A stretch of DNA of 64,000 nucleotides from Tricharina praecox (GCF_024521635.1 NW_026250410.1:1-64000), one strand, 5' to 3'; positions 1 through 13,584 are shown, numbered from the stretch's first letter. A program made the numbers and translations. The notes: a model not told the origin generated them from the letters alone.

Positions 1-995
1 GTGTTGTCCGAGTTGCCCATGATGCCGGGAACAGCGACGGCGACACTGGCAAGGAAGACGATCGACATGACAGCGAAGGCGAACGGCCACTGGAGGGCGA
101 TGACTTTGGTGAAGAATTGTCTGTTCAAAATCAGCACGATGCATCTAGGCAAGGGGAAACAATAGACAGAGTTAGTGCTCACCCAACACCCAAGCCGGCG
201 GCGAGGAAAGCAGTGGCGAAGCCGACGTAGTAGTCCTTGAAAGCGAGCAGGAAGAAGCCAGCGAACGCGGCAATTCCCCAGACGGCAACGTTGGCCAACA
301 CGCGGCAGACGAGTCCGTGGCAGTGGAGCATGACCGATCCGTTCCAGAGGATCATGAAGAACGAGAAGGTCAAGGGCATGGCAGCAACAGGGAGATGGAT
401 CAAGCGAGGAGCCGTCGGGTTGCGGAAGTAGACGGCGACGAGCTGGAAGAAGTTGACGATCAGGACGATCTCCGAGAGGATGGTGTGGCCGCGGGTCCAG
501 AGCATGACCCACACGAACTGGAGCAGGTTGTAGCTAGATCAAGTCAGCATGCGAGGTTCGATGGAGCGGTGAACGGAGAGAAATCACTTACGTGATGAAG
601 TGGCTTCCGACGGAGGCGGCAGAGTTGACGGCAGTCTCGTCGCTCCTGAACAGGTGCCAGACGTAGACGACCTGCAACAGCCACAGTGCAATCCAGTAGA
701 TGCCGACGAACACATGGCTCAACGTGAACGGAGTGTTGTAGTAACCGAAGAGGTTGTGGTGTCCCGTATGTCCGTCGGTAGGGACGTGGTTCATGTAGTA
801 GAGGGTCGTGACGAACTGGAGGATCCACGACACGAGAGACAAGATCCTGTAGGCCGTGATGTTCCTGCGAGTGCCCTCGACATCACGGGCGAACGGGTTG
901 GCTACGGAGCAGGACAGTTACGGTCAGCAATCGATGACGACTGAGAAAAGAGGTGATTGGAAGCAGTGAGGAGGATGCAACATACAGAATGCCAT
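1..995 (-). CDS. DUF1774-type fungal multi-pass membrane protein, 4 exons, 3' end beyond window
   Basis: Exons 995-986, 901-592, 533-183 and 120-<1, joined by GT..AG introns (GCTGAC branch sites in introns 1-2), give a continuous frame MAFSNPFARDVEGTRRNITAYRILSLVSW...TPFTLSHVFVGIYW...VGSHFITYNLLQFVW...KDYYVGF...GQFFTKVIALQWPFAF. Family recognised from recalled motifs. Confidence 0.8.
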
Positions 996-3006
996 GATGA
1001 TAGCGGGTCTTGTTTACTGTGATGTGGATGTGGCGGAATAGATGGGGAACTTATCGGTGGTGGAGGACTGAGAGCAAAAGAAAGAAGGAATCGGGGGCTT
1101 TTCAACGGAATGCAGAAGCAGCAGCAGCAGCTGGTTTTGACGACGGATTTCAAGGAGTGCCGCCCCCCTCCAGCGGCGGTCACGTGAACATGACGTAGCG
1201 GTGGGTCCTTTTCTTAGGCTTCGCACTGCTTCATGCGGCTTCGAAGCGATCCCCGCAATAACAATCGATGACCACCCCCGACGGTGCTGGCTAGCCACCA
1301 ATCAGGTCGCGTTGTAGGGGCGGAAATGTCATGCGACCGTTGCATTGATGGAAATCAGTTCCGCAAGTGCGCAGAAGAGGTAGCAGTTTCAGGAATCGGC
1401 TTCCACCGGCAGTCGCACTCGCATGCGCGGCTGCTGCTGCTGGGGGTGAATGGCCTTGAATTCAATCCTGCGATTTCGAGCCATCGTTGTTGAGGCAGGA
1501 GCTCCATATTGTTTTCCTGCGCCGGAAGTGGCGTCGTGACGATGTCGCATCCTCCGATCATTCGGCTTCGCCTCCGTCGACATTTACCAAGAAGGTAAGT
1601 ACCCGTTCATCCACAGTTACCGTAATGTGTCGCCCTCAATTGAAGCATTGACTCCATCTTCTTTTTTTCTTCATCTTCTTCAGCCTTCCGTTCGCCGGCT
1701 GTTTCCTCCTCCCGTTATCGTCGCCTTTCCGTCTTGCAACCGTCGCCTGCCCCCGCACGACGCGTGTCGCCCGCACCACCACTACCACAACCACACCCGC
1801 GATTTCCATCGTCAAGCTCAAACCGGGGTCACTGTCGGTGACGTTTCAACCCGGCAGCATGCATCCCACCAGCACCACACTACGGTTGCTATCTGCCCCA
1901 ACCGTGTCACTTCGGAATATGATTCATACGAGCGAGAGAAAGAAGGAAAGAGCAACGCAGAGACAAACACGTGCTGATTTTCGTTCCGGCGGCGAGTACG
2001 ATCAACTGCGTGCTCGTACATACCATTCTCACACACAGCCAACGTGGCGCGACGTTGCCGCATCCGGTGCTGTTGCGGTGCCGCTCTAGTATAGTATTGT
2101 TGGGCTGAGGCTGAAATGTCGGCGGTTGACGATGCTTACCCTACGGTACTCTTCCAAGGGTGTCGACACTTTGGTTGGCTGACTCTTCGCTTCTCAAGCT
2201 CTCATTCCTCCCGCTCGGCATGCTGCAAAGCTGTTTGCTCGAAATATGCACAACCCGCTGCTCAGCAGGGCAAAACTTCCCACGCGACAAGCTTGGGGGA
2301 AGATCTCCACTTCCATCGTCTCGCTACATGCATTTATTCTTCGTGTGTTGGTAGCTATTGTTGCTTGGCGCGTCGCGCTTTGGCCTCTAACTATTGGCTT
2401 TCTTTCTTTTGCCCCCAAAGTGGCATCACTCCCGATTGGTTTATTTATCCGCATTTGAGTCTCCATTCAGCATAGCCTCGTTGCATCGCTCGTCGCTCCT
2501 CCAAACAACACCACCACCACCCGCTTTTCCCTCTTCGCTCTTCGCTCCCTTTTCTCACTCTTCGCCCATCGCCAGCCCTCACTCGCCGCACCCGAGAAAA
2601 TCCTGAAGGGCGGCCGGCAGCATCCAACATACGCCCAAACCGTATCCAACCCAACCCAACCCATCCTCTCCCACCACCCCCCCACCCACGCACCACCACC
2701 ACGACAGCTGCCATCTTCTTCTTAGGCTTCAACCCACGATTCGCCCTCACTCATTTTTCCTTTCGTCGCCGCAAAAACGTCATACTTTCAATTCAGCATT
2801 CTCGCATCGTCGTCGTATCGCATCGCATTATTCCCCTTTCGTCAGTCACATCACCGGTTTCAGCCTCGCTTACCCTACACCGACAAACATAAACATCAAC
2901 AACATCAACAACAACAATAACAACAATAACAACAGCAACAGCAACAGCAGCAGCAGCAGTAGCAACAGCCCCCCCTTCGCACCCCACAGCCGACTGCGTG
3001 GCCGGT

Positions 3007-4185
3007 ATGGCCTTCGCGCCGTCGCTGCCGACACTGCCCAGCTACCCACGGCACATAGCGCCGTCGCGGTCAGAATCGCCATACGGCGACAGCCACATCT
3101 ACAGCTATGCGGCACCCACACACAAGAAGTCGCGGCAGGGCGCGTCGACCTACCGGCGATCACAGCCTCGCTACTCGGCGCCACTAACCCCCGACGCATC
3201 CGACACCGACGACGGGCTGATGGCGCACAGCATCTACAGCGACCGGGACTACCGCAGCTCACTGGTTGCGTCGAGCGGGGGGTTAGGGGGGTCGAGGAAG
3301 CGCGGGCGGGCAGACGTCGACTCGGCGTCAGAGCGGGGGGGCGACTGGCGGGAGCAGGAGCAGGATTGCGACGAGCGCCGCGGCGCCGGCGGGAAACGGA
3401 GGATCATAGACGTGGTGGGCGGGACGCTCGGCGGCGTGTTGCGCGGCGCTTGGGAGATGTTCCGGCCGCGCATCCCATTCTATGGTAGTGCGCCGGCGCC
3501 GAATCCGGTGCCTGCGCCGCCGGTGGTGGTAGAGGAGCGACGGTGGCTCGGCTCGTGGGATCACGAGCGTGGGGCTGCGCATTGGATGGGGGATGATGAG
3601 GCTGACCGCGGGGAAACGGCGACGTTTGCGGGCGGGTGGGCGCACCAGCAGCACCAGCAGCACCAGCAGCAGTGGCCGGCAAGTCCTCCGTCCACGGCTG
3701 GGTCCGGGTACAGTGGGGCGAGCATGGCGGGGAGCGTCGGGAACCAACAGTCGTACTTTGAGCGCGAGCGCGAGCACGAATACACCACCACTGCCGCCGC
3801 AAGCAGCAGCTACAGCAGCAGCACAGCGCCACTAGAAACGGGCATGAGCGCGCAGTGGATCATGGTGTCGCCATCAACATCATCAACGCGCAGCACGCGC
3901 TCCGCCTCGATCAGCTCACGGCGGCCGCGGCTAGTAGCGAGCAAGAAGCGCGGGCTCAAGCCGCCCACGCCGCGCTCGCCGGGCAGCAGCTCGACACAGT
4001 CCCCGGGAAAGCGGCATCGCAAGATGGGCTCGGGCGGATCGCTCGGCGACGACGAGATAGACGACGACATGCGTCGGTTCAATGAGCGCCTTAAGGCTAT
4101 GATCCGCGAGGGCAAGGAGGCCCTCGGCGCGACTGTCGAGGTCGTCTATGATGAGGACGACGACATAGGCATGGACGGGTTCTAG
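3007..4185 (+). CDS. Intronless Ser/Gly/Arg-rich hypothetical protein with C-terminal helical motif (MRRFNERLKAMIREGKEALGATVEV)
   Basis: ~390-codon GC-rich ORF with first ATG at 3007, flanked by UTR-like low-complexity sequence. The C-terminal motif resembles one I recall from uncharacterised ascomycete proteins. Confidence 0.7.
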   Translation: MAFAPSLPTLPSYPRHIAPSRSESPYGDSHIYSYAAPTHKKSRQGASTYRRSQPRYSAPLTPDASDTDDGLMAHSIYSDRDYRSSLVASSGGLGGSRKRGRADVDSASERGGDWREQEQDCDERRGAGGKRRIIDVVGGTLGGVLRGAWEMFRPRIPFYGSAPAPNPVPAPPVVVEERRWLGSWDHERGAAHWMGDDEADRGETATFAGGWAHQQHQQHQQQWPASPPSTAGSGYSGASMAGSVGNQQSYFEREREHEYTTTAAASSSYSSSTAPLETGMSAQWIMVSPSTSSTRSTRSASISSRRPRLVASKKRGLKPPTPRSPGSSSTQSPGKRHRKMGSGGSLGDDEIDDDMRRFNERLKAMIREGKEALGATVEVVYDEDDDIGMDGF

Positions 4186-4696
4186 GAGGATCTGGATGAT
4201 GCTACTGCTGCTACTGCTACTATTGCTACAATCTGTTGACCAGATGGAAGGTGGAAGGGAGCGAGGGAGGGAGGGGGTAATGGGCGGCTGACTGTTGCTT
4301 GCTTCGTTGCTTACTTGCTGTGCTGGTTTAGACTTGATTTGACTTTGACTGCCGCGCGTTTTGCAACCTTGGAATACCCGTTTTACGACATGCGATGCTT
4401 TTTGTTTTTTTGTTTTTTTTTGTTTTTCGCTCGGTGGCTTTCTTATTCTACTCCTTCTACTCCTTCTTCTTCTTCGACTTCGACTTCGAAGACTCATACA
4501 TTTCTTCTCATCTCCATCTCAACAAATCACACTCACTAAACTCTCTCTCATTATCGACTTTTTCATTTCTCATCTCTCCTTGTCTTTACTTTACTTTGGG
4601 CTCCTGGTGTTTTTTTTCGCGATACTCCATCGCCTGCTTTCAGATTTCCTTCTACTCGACTAAATCGTCACACACACTCACTAAAATAACTACAAT

Positions 4697-4770
4697 CACT
4701 ACACTTGTCACTACACTTGTCACTACACTTGTCACTACACTCACTGCACTCACTACACTATCTACACTCA
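4697..4770. repeat. 12-bp minisatellite (CACTACACTTGT)n, degenerating to the right
   Basis: Three exact units then degenerate CACTACACT units. Confidence 0.85.
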
Positions 4771-5826
4771 ACTGAGTACACTACTCTCACTAGTTTCCTT
4801 AAAATGGGGTTTATATATCATCGGGGATCAATTTGTTAACGCCCGGGTTTGGGTTCGGTTTTCTTTGGGGTTCAGAATGTCTTTGCTTCCTGTCGTCCGT
4901 CTGTCTATCCTGTGTTGTCTGTCCTGGATTTTCGTCTATCCTGTCTGTCTGTTAATCCTGTATGTTCGTCTGTCTGTATCTCTGTCTGTCTGTATCTCTG
5001 TCTGTTTGATCGTCTGATCGTCCTGTATTGTCTGTCTATCCTGTCTATCTGTCTGCCTGTATGTTCGTCTACCTGTTTGTTCGTCTATTATGTATTGTCT
5101 GTCTTGTCTGTATTTTTCTTTTCATGTGCTTATTTTATCTCTCGTGGTGGGGGAAACTTAGGGGGAGAGGGATGGGAGTTGGGATTGGGGGGATTGGGGA
5201 GAAGTGGATCAGTACCTCAGAAGTAGGTATTCGTGATATCAATATCGTTAACCACTATTGTTTGGTCCGATCCACTCGGGGTGCGTACATATGAGAAAGG
5301 AGGGAATGTACGAAGGAAAGAAGGGGGATAAGCACTGGGGTTCTGGGGTTCTGGGAAGTGAAGTTACGAGGGTAGGGCAGGGCAGCTGAGCAGTCCCCTA
5401 TGGTGCTGTGTTCGGTGCTTCATGTATAGACTCCCTTTGCTCTGCTCTAATAGGAGTAGGAGTAGATGAGTCGGTGACTTGCCGGAAATACAGGGGAGAA
5501 CTCCACCTATGCGCATGGATGGGAGCATGGATAGGGAGCATGGGGTGCGCAGGCAGGAAGTCAGCTGTGTGTACGTAGAGTAGCATCGGCTGTGGTAGCT
5601 CGACACGAGGGCACGTGACGCCATCCGCCTGACGGGGTGTCGAAGGAATGTACAATACGGATACTCTAATTAACCGGTAAGATTTGCACAAACGGACGTG
5701 GGTTTAAGGTTCAAGGTTCGACTTCAATTCCACGATAGGGCTAGGCCGCCACATCGCACATCACATACTACGGCTGGCCCCGGAAGCCGCCCACGATCCG
5801 CTGTCCCCGCGATCTCCTCCCACCAC

Positions 5827-6581
5827 CTAGACCCTCTTCTTCCCCGCGTCCAGTTCCTGCTGCTGCCTCATCTCGACCGCCGGCACCATGTTCCAGTACG
5901 CCTCGCACAGCAGCCAGCCGGGAATAACGACCCACAGCCCGTTAAAGAACGCCAGATAGAGCCACCTGCCGCCTTGATATTAGCCCTCCCTTCCCACAGC
6001 GCTCCACGGACGAGGAAAACCCACTTATACATCCAATTATGCGTCATGAGGTTATGATTCCCGGCGATCCACTCCGGCGCGAAAGTCATCCAACCACCAT
6101 AGATCTCGGCGGTAGCCAACACCGCGATCCAGAACCATCGTCTCCCCTCCCCGCGCCTCACCATGCCAGCGACCCACAGCGCCGCCGGGCCCGCAAGCAG
6201 CACGGTCACCAGCTCGATGCACACGATGCCCACGTCCGCCTCACCCCACCGCCGGTCCGCCTTCGCGTACTCATTCCACAGCTTGCCCAGCGGAGCGGTC
6301 GAGAACTTCGTGCCGTAGCTGATGGCCGCGTCGCCGTACAGTGTGGGTACGGCGCTGGAGCGCACCGTGGAGGAGGTCGTCAGCGAGTAGTATAGGAAAC
6401 TACCCTCGAGCACGAAGTGCGTCAAAGAGTCGAAGATGTGCCAGATGTAGATGACGCGGGTTTTGGTAGTCGAGGTCGACGGTAGTAGTGCGAGCGAGAG
6501 ACCGTATGCCCCCACGAGCAGGAGCACCGTCAGCAACAGCGAGAAGACCGTCGTGGCCGAGATGAGCGTGGGTTCGTCCAT
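5827..6581 (-). CDS. Emopamil-binding protein family (EXPERA domain; EBP/EBP-like, related to sterol delta8-delta7 isomerase)
   Basis: Exons 6581-6025 and 5965-5827 (intron GTGGGT...GCTAAT...CAG). Motifs WHIFDSLTHFVLEGSF, LWNEYAKADRRW, ELVT, AEIYGGWMTFAPEW and MYKWLYLAFFNGLWVVIP. Confidence 0.9.
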
Positions 6582-7517
6582 TGCGGTGATGGCCGTTGGG
6601 GGGATTGAGGTGTCGAGGGTAGTGAGGGGGAGGCGTGGTGATGCCGCGTTTTGTAGTGTAGATAGATACCTGGTCAGGGGTTGGTGCGATCGCCAGGGTC
6701 GACGTGTTCGGTTGGCGTGTGGCACGTCCCTGCACCTGCTATGCATCGAGCATCACTCGGTTATGCGAAGGATTCGCTCGATAACTTTTGGTGACAGAAC
6801 TAACGGGTGCGGGCAGGCGGATCCTGGATGTCACAGAGGAAGTCGCGACCAATGAGGTGTCGCAGTGGGAGCTGAGGAAGCGAGAAGAGAGGCAGGCAGA
6901 GAAAAGGCGAGATGTGGAGCACGGGGGCAGGGATGCCGCGAAGGTCCGCCTGACGAAAATCGGGTTGAGCAGTGGACGTGGGAGCGACATGTGTATAGAA
7001 ATGTTGCCATGATCTATCGAAGATAGCTCGGAAAGCAAGACGTGTGACGGACAGGTCAGACAGAACAAAGATAACATGTGACGACAGAAACAATCTAACG
7101 TTTACCGACCGCATCGGGTCTCATCCGGGACCTACCTCCATAACACATTATGTAGGTCCCACCAGGTCTCAACAAGGTCCCCACTCTCCAGCGCTCACTG
7201 ACGACGCCAAGCCGTCTCGTCCTCCGCACCCCTCAATTGGCACGAGGACAACGTTCGAGCAGGAAGCCTGTCACTTATACTTCGAATGAACACACATCGT
7301 TGCGTACACTGACGCTTTATTCTTTTCGGGTGGATCGCGGGCGATATGACTCAGCCAAGTCCCGGAAGTTTCGGCTTTTCAACGTCTACCACGCGTACTA
7401 TTTATGTTCGTCACTAGTCACGTGTGCCATGATCATCAAACAGGCCATCATTTCAATTGGTATCGTCGGGGCGTAAGCATATCATCTCATCGTACAGTAG
7501 TAGCCTCTCATCCTCTC

Positions 7518-9447
7518 TCATTTCCAGCCCCCAGGCACAACGGGATCCCAGCTCTCAGCCAAAAACATCGACTCCTGCCGGAACTCACTGTGCGAAATCG
7601 CATCCCACGGACGAGCATCAGCTTCACATTCCACCTCGTCCTCCACCTTGCCGGTCTCAAAGTACTTCCCTACCACGGCCGCCGAACAGGCACTGGGCGT
7701 GCTGATCGAGCAATGGCCCTCGCTGTGCTGGATCAGCAGTCCAGCGCCAGGGAAGCGCTTCCTCATAGCCTCCGCATTCCTCAGCGGCGTGACAGGGTCT
7801 AGCGAGGTGCTGGCGAAGAGCAAGGGGTAGGAAGTGTTCTTGCCCCATGTGTGGCCGCCCCATCCACTCTCGCCGTCTCGTCGCCACGGCACGAGGCCTT
7901 GGGCGGGGGTCTTGCGGCCAACACACGACATCTGAATCCGTGCCCAGTTCCCTCCGATGAGCGCACTCTGCCCCTGTAGCTCCTTGACATACCCACGGAA
8001 CTCGTCGAGAGTCGCGTTGTTCCCGCCGCCGTCCTGGCATAGAATCGCGGAGTCCGCCTCGGTCCCGGTATTCGGCAGTGGATCGGAGACACAATTGCAC
8101 TCGAAGTTGAGGTGGATAATCTCCACGACTTTGGAGGCGTCACCATTCTCGAGAGAAGCGAGAGCGTGTGCCGCAACGGGGAAGCGTATGAGGGGAGTGT
8201 ACAGCGACCAGAAGATGACGGTAAGGATGTCAGACTCCGTGACCCAATCCGGCGCGTGGTCGCCGTAGACTGGCGCTGGTTCTTGACGGACCTTCTCTCG
8301 TAGACGTGTCACTCGTGCTTCGACACCCGCAGCAGTCGGTTCGGAGAGTGCACAGGTGCCGTTGGCGAGGGAGCAGTAGTTGTAGAAACTTGCAATGACT
8401 TTGTCCGCGTCCTGGAGGTTCGTCCGCCAGCCACCGGCGTAGTAATCGTCAATGTCGACTACGCCATCGACCACGACTCGTTCGACGCGCGAAGGGAACA
8501 TGCTCGCGAATGTCTGCCCGAGGACGGTACCGTACGAGAATCCCCAGTAGCGGAGTCCCCGCTTGGAGGGGTCCTTGTCCACGGATTTCCACGACGCTTC
8601 GACGATGGATAACATATCACGAGCGACATTCGGGGTACCGGCGAAGTCTCCACCCGTCCCACCTTTATCGCAGACGCTCCCTAGCGACATCGACCTCGCA
8701 TATTCGATTGCCACTATCTGACCATTTCCACTTCCCATAACCCAGCCTCCAGCCCGCAGATACCACTGCATCCTCGCGGCATCGCTAGGAAAGCAGCTTG
8801 TGGCCGGGGTAGTGTTGTTCACCCCACGGGGATCAAATCCGATGACTGAATGCGTGTTCCCAACGATGCGCTGTAGCATCTTCCCCGCCTGAGTGACAAA
8901 TGCCACGCCGCTTCCGCCGGGCCCGCCGGGGTTGAGGAGTACAGGACCGGACCAGGCGTCCGAGGTCTCGGGAACGGACGCAGGAACCTTGGTGAGTGCT
9001 ATGGCGGCGCGGCGAGGGTCCGAGGAGTTGGTGTAGTCGAGTGGAACATCGAGACGCGCACAGGCGAGGCCGTCGAAGCATGGGTGCCAGATGAGGTCCG
9101 ACGTGGGTGTGATCTGTGTGCTATGTTAGCAAGCTCCAAGCTCCATCTCACACTGGTCGAGCGGAAGTGTGTACATCAGTCCATCTAAACTTCCCCGTAG
9201 CGGCGGTTACGGAGGGTGTGGTCGTCGAGATTTGTACCAGCCCCGTGTGGAATCCCCACAGCACATACATCGCAACCACACAAATGCCTGTAACAAGGAC
9301 CGCCTGCTTCATTGCGTACAGTAGCTGCAGCTTCCGAGCGCGACGTGCGGAGCGAGCGGAGCAACCGGAGCAAGTGCAGAAAGCGGCGGTAGGATTGGCC
9401 TTAGGTAGGAGCACCTTTTCATCGTCGCATATTGGTATCGACGACAT
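7518..9447 (-). CDS. Alpha/beta hydrolase with TAP-like (tripeptidyl aminopeptidase-type) C-terminus, N-terminal membrane anchor
   Basis: Exons 9447-9175 and 9113-7518 (intron GTACAC...GCTAAC...CAG). Motifs CARLDVPLDY, LLNPGGPGGSG, GFDPRGV, nucleophile GFSYGT, DPVTPLRNA and catalytic His in SEGHCS. Confidence 0.9.
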
Positions 9448-10619
9448 TGTTGGAAACGATAGAGATGATGGGATTGCGTGTTATGTAGGAACTGCAGTCG
9501 GTTTTAAGAGTCGCCCTGGGCCGACTATCCGGCTTGGCGTACAGGGTTGTCCGTGCGTGTCGGATGGCGCTAGATGGAACCGAGCCAATCGTGGAGAGCG
9601 GGAGCTTGTTTTGACGACGCTGTGGCGCGTGGGGTGTGGGGTGTGGGGATTCCATGGGTCCGTGATTCCACGCCCATCTGATAAAGATGATTATTGGAAA
9701 TAGTGATTCTAAGGCTTTCGAAACGGATGCCCACTGATCGTCGGCTTCTGCTCACGACGCAAGAACTATCGACGGCCAAAGTTCTGAATCGCGGGAAAGG
9801 GGAGGGCCGGGGTACGTACCATGAACGAACGGGAACCGCTTCGAAGAGGGAACATCTTCTCCTCTTCTGCTATTCCTGTCGAGATTAACCCCAGGGAAGC
9901 TGTTGTGAATAGAGGATGTAGATTTGCGCATCGGCTGTCCACTTTTTTCGCGGCAACGTCGGGCCACCTTGGTTCCTTGGAGATTGCGGAAACTTGTGAA
10001 GAGGAGGACATGAATGATACGAGTGAGCGAGCATCATATGGAGATATGTGAAAGAGAACAACGGTGTTGGAGTAGTACCTCCTCGCTTGGAAGGATGATG
10101 TAGAAGCCGAGTGGATATGTTGTCCAAGAAGGAGCAACTTGAAAACCTTCTGGGGACATTCCTTAGAAACTGTACCATTGGCAGGACGGAGAGTGGAAGG
10201 AAGGGTGGGGAAGGCAGATGAACGGGTGGGAAAGCCAGAACGACAGAGGCTCCGGGTCAAGGGCAGCCGTTGTCCAAGAAGAGTGATGTACAGCAGAGTC
10301 AGCGATCAAGAGAGCCCCAGGCTTGAATGGACGATGGGTAAACAGGGAAGATTGATTCTTTCTGGGTGAGTGGTCACGTGGATGGTACCGCGATAGGCAC
10401 ATATCACTCGTAGCTCATGGTTTGTACTCGCCAAGACTAAGGCCCTTTACACATGGCTCAGATCCGGAGAAGGTGTTAAGCACCGGATGGAACCATTGCC
10501 CCCCGAATGCAGTCTCTGCTGGTGCATTGAATGTTGAGGTCTGCTTAGGTAAGTATTTTCACCGGGCGGCAGCGGCAGCGAGGCAAACCTCTCCGTCTTC
10601 ATTCTCAACCATTTACGAA

Positions 10620-10745
10620 CACATCACACAACACAGCCATCAACACGGCCATCAAGACAGCCATCAATACAGCCATCAACACATCCAACAACACAGCTAA
10701 CAACACAGCCAACAACACAGCAATAAACACAGCAAAGAATAACAC
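10620..10745. repeat. Degenerate 12-bp tandem repeat (CAACACAGCCAT-like)
   Basis: About 10 imperfect units just upstream of the ATG at 10751. Confidence 0.75.
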
Positions 10746-10750
10746 TAACA

Positions 10751-11667
10751 ATGGCTTCTTCAGATAGTAACAAGACGGTGGTCTCTGAGCTTTCCGGTAC
10801 CCTGCCTGCTTCATCTCAGGTTCACGAAGGCTCTGTAGTTGTCGGTCAGCAAGACATCCCACCTCCGGGCAGCAAGGTTACCCATCATGTGGCTACCGAG
10901 ACCAACCAAGCCAGCATCATCAGCGAGCCGGGTGATCTCACAGGTTCCATCCCAATCTCCATTACTGCTTCAATCCTAACTCACTCACTGATACAATAGG
11001 TGGAACTGAAAAAGACGGACTAACGGCATCAACGTCGTCCCATGGCTCGAAATTCCACAACGAAGGAAACCCTCGCTCGACTGTTCCCGCCAGAGGAGTT
11101 CGTCTTCATCCTACAATCATTACTGGTATCAGTGTTCCTCAAATTGCGTTTAACTTGACGATTGAATTACTAACACTGATTTTTCTCAGTCATCTCCGGA
11201 AGCGTATCGATACTCCGCCGCCCTGGATCCACTCCCGCAGCTGCTCCTATGTCCTACGGCTAGTCTCTTAATCACACACCTCTCTAGTTTCTAACTAACA
11301 TGCTTCAGCCGCTGCCGCCGCTCCGAACCCTACCGGACCTGATCCACGACGTCAGTCTCAAGGTGGTGCCACCCGCCCCACCACCCGGTGTCTCCCTGCG
11401 AACATCAATGGCCGTCCTCTCACCTCAGCATCTCTCCAGCGACTCCCAATTGCTAGAGGAGAGGCTCTTCGCCGCTGGTTGGCCCAGGATAAAGATGATG
11501 AAGTGACGGCCCCCCCAATTCTCGCTCTCCCGGCTCCCACTCTCCCAACTCCCCCAACTCCCACTCTCCCGGTGCCACCTGCCGCCAGTCGTGGACGTAA
11601 TGGCCGACGGGGCCGACGGTCTGGTGGAACCGGCGGACGCAACACGAACCGAGTACAGATGGAATAA
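10751..11667 (+). CDS. Possible multi-exon hypothetical Pro/Ser-rich protein
   Basis: ATG 10751. Intron 10944-10999 (GT...CTAAC...TAG) keeps the frame open; further CTAAC+CAG acceptors at ~11189 and ~11308. Later exon boundaries unresolved, no recognisable domain. Confidence 0.35.
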
Positions 11668-12779
11668 CTAGAGGCTACAGTTGGTATAGGGCGATTAGAT
11701 GGGGTGATGTTCTGTCCGGCCGTGTTTGTTCTTTCAATTTGGCTGCTGTATTGTTCTTTCCGCCACCGAGTCCCAGTGTACGATTTGGTACTGGGTGCAG
11801 CGGATGTGGTTTGATTTGTTTTTTTTGTTGCAACTCAGCCTGGGTTACATTGCTGTTGCTTCTCTGATAGGTATCGTTGAGAATTGAGAACAATTTAGGC
11901 ACCAGAACTGATCGCACTGTGTGAGCTTCCAGGCGTGGACGGTGCCCGCTAACACCCTAATTTCCTACAGCCCACCGTTACCACCCATGTCTTTGGCCAG
12001 AGCTGCTGCTACCGTTGAATATTAGGACTGTCCTTGAGGTCAGTGTTGAAGGATCCCACGTTACAAGTTACGTCCTACCATGGATACGGAAGTTCACGAT
12101 AATCTATCAAGTATTCCGGCATTAGACATACCCCATTACCAGACTACTAACAAAGCATGGTTTCGAGCGACTCAGACACAGGCGTGATGATGACTGCCGG
12201 TGATGATGGTCTGCCGCGTAAGCCCGTGCAGGCCCATGGAGCGGGTGCTCTTTGTCATAGCTACCCCGGAGCTGGCCGTCTTATTATTGTCAGATCGCAG
12301 GGAGAGAACCGGACTCGCCGGCGACACCTCCTGGATCGCAGAAAGCAATATTAATATCATGGACTACTACACTGGGTGCAGTTAAGTAGCTAATCGTTGC
12401 CCCCATTCATGCCTCAGCTCTGAGCTCTCCAACGACTATAGGGACTACGTAATGCACACAGCATACACATCGCGCAGTACCTTTCAATTTTTTTAAACGA
12501 GGCGGAACGGCCAACGCGTTCGAACCGACATCTTCCACAATGAGAACGCATCCGGCTAACAACCACCGTGGGATCAGGGGCGCGGCAATGGGTTCGGTCA
12601 TGGTCCCCATGAATGCGGGATCTATGATAGGCAACTACTACCGGCTATTGCCGCCTTGTTGTTTGCTGTGGGCAATGAAGATACCGGGCTGTAAGTTCTG
12701 TCACCTTTTCAAGCAGCAGATGTTCGGCAGTCGAGCAGCCGTTAATCCCCTTCGCTGAACCTGTCAATTGTGGCGCCCT

Positions 12780-13330
12780 GGAGTGTTGGATTCAACTCAA
12801 AAATGGTCACTTTTTCATCCCCTCGTTCCCGCTACCCACACTCTGGAGTCTGGAGTGGGATCACAAGGCAGATGCAGCCAGTGAGCATCATTACTCTTCG
12901 CCGTCCTTTGCTCTCTGACAGTCTCTGTTCTTCCTACAGCAGGTACGCACTTCGGCTTCTCCTAGGATGTCCTACAGTATTAGCAGGCCCGGTTCGCCGC
13001 AGATACCACATTTCCTCGCCGCGGATACTATTCTCTCTGCGGATAGGAAAGGCTGTCTTCGCCACAAATACCACTCGCTTCTCGCAGCGGATAGCACATT
13101 TTTCTCGTTGTCCTTCGCTGGATACCAGGCCCTGGTATTCCTTCCGCCGGTACGCGCCGTCCTCCAATGCTGTCCAACAGAACCACCAGGTGGTCAAGGG
13201 AAGTATCGGTGGAGAACAATGGAGGTAATGGACGGACGAGGACAAGGAGTGGAAGGGATGGGTAACAGGACGGTCCTAGTGTGTAGAAGTATATGTAGAG
13301 GGAGGAGGTGATAGGCTGTGAAAGGAAGTG
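12780..13330 (+). mobile_element. Possible highly degenerate non-LTR retrotransposon 3' fragment (RNase H end and C-terminal region)
   Basis: Frameshifted fragments PHSGV..EWDHKADAAS (compare RNase H end P.HSG+.GNE.AD.AA), RILFSLRIGK and HFSRCPSLDTRP. Weak, by-eye similarity only. Confidence 0.25.
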
Positions 13331-13584
13331 TTTGTGGAGGAACCACGGAGATGACTCGTACTTGACGATTTGCAGCTCTGGGACGGTTTATCAAACGCAT
13401 GAGTGCTAGGCAACACTGATGATTGTGATGGGTATGAGTATGGGGCGGAGGGGCGAGTGGGGGTGGTAGCGGGGGGATGCGGGGTAGCGGGGAGGGTACG
13501 TGTATATGTGTGTGTGTGTGTTGCTGCCAGTCGGGAGTGGCCTGTCGACGGCGTGCCACATCAATACCGGGCCAGCAGAGAGAT

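Noticed and set aside
4315..5294. Hydrophobic ORFs resembling membrane proteins
   Set aside because: They arise from T-rich and TCTG/CTT microsatellite sequence in a UTR or intergenic region.
6582..6746. N-terminal extension and read-through C-terminus of the 292-aa EBP ORF in the track
   Set aside because: The likely start is ATG 6581, and the true C-terminus comes from splicing out 6024-5966.
9766..10402. Minus-strand ORF fragments as a TE relic
   Set aside because: No recognisable RT, transposase or gag motif.
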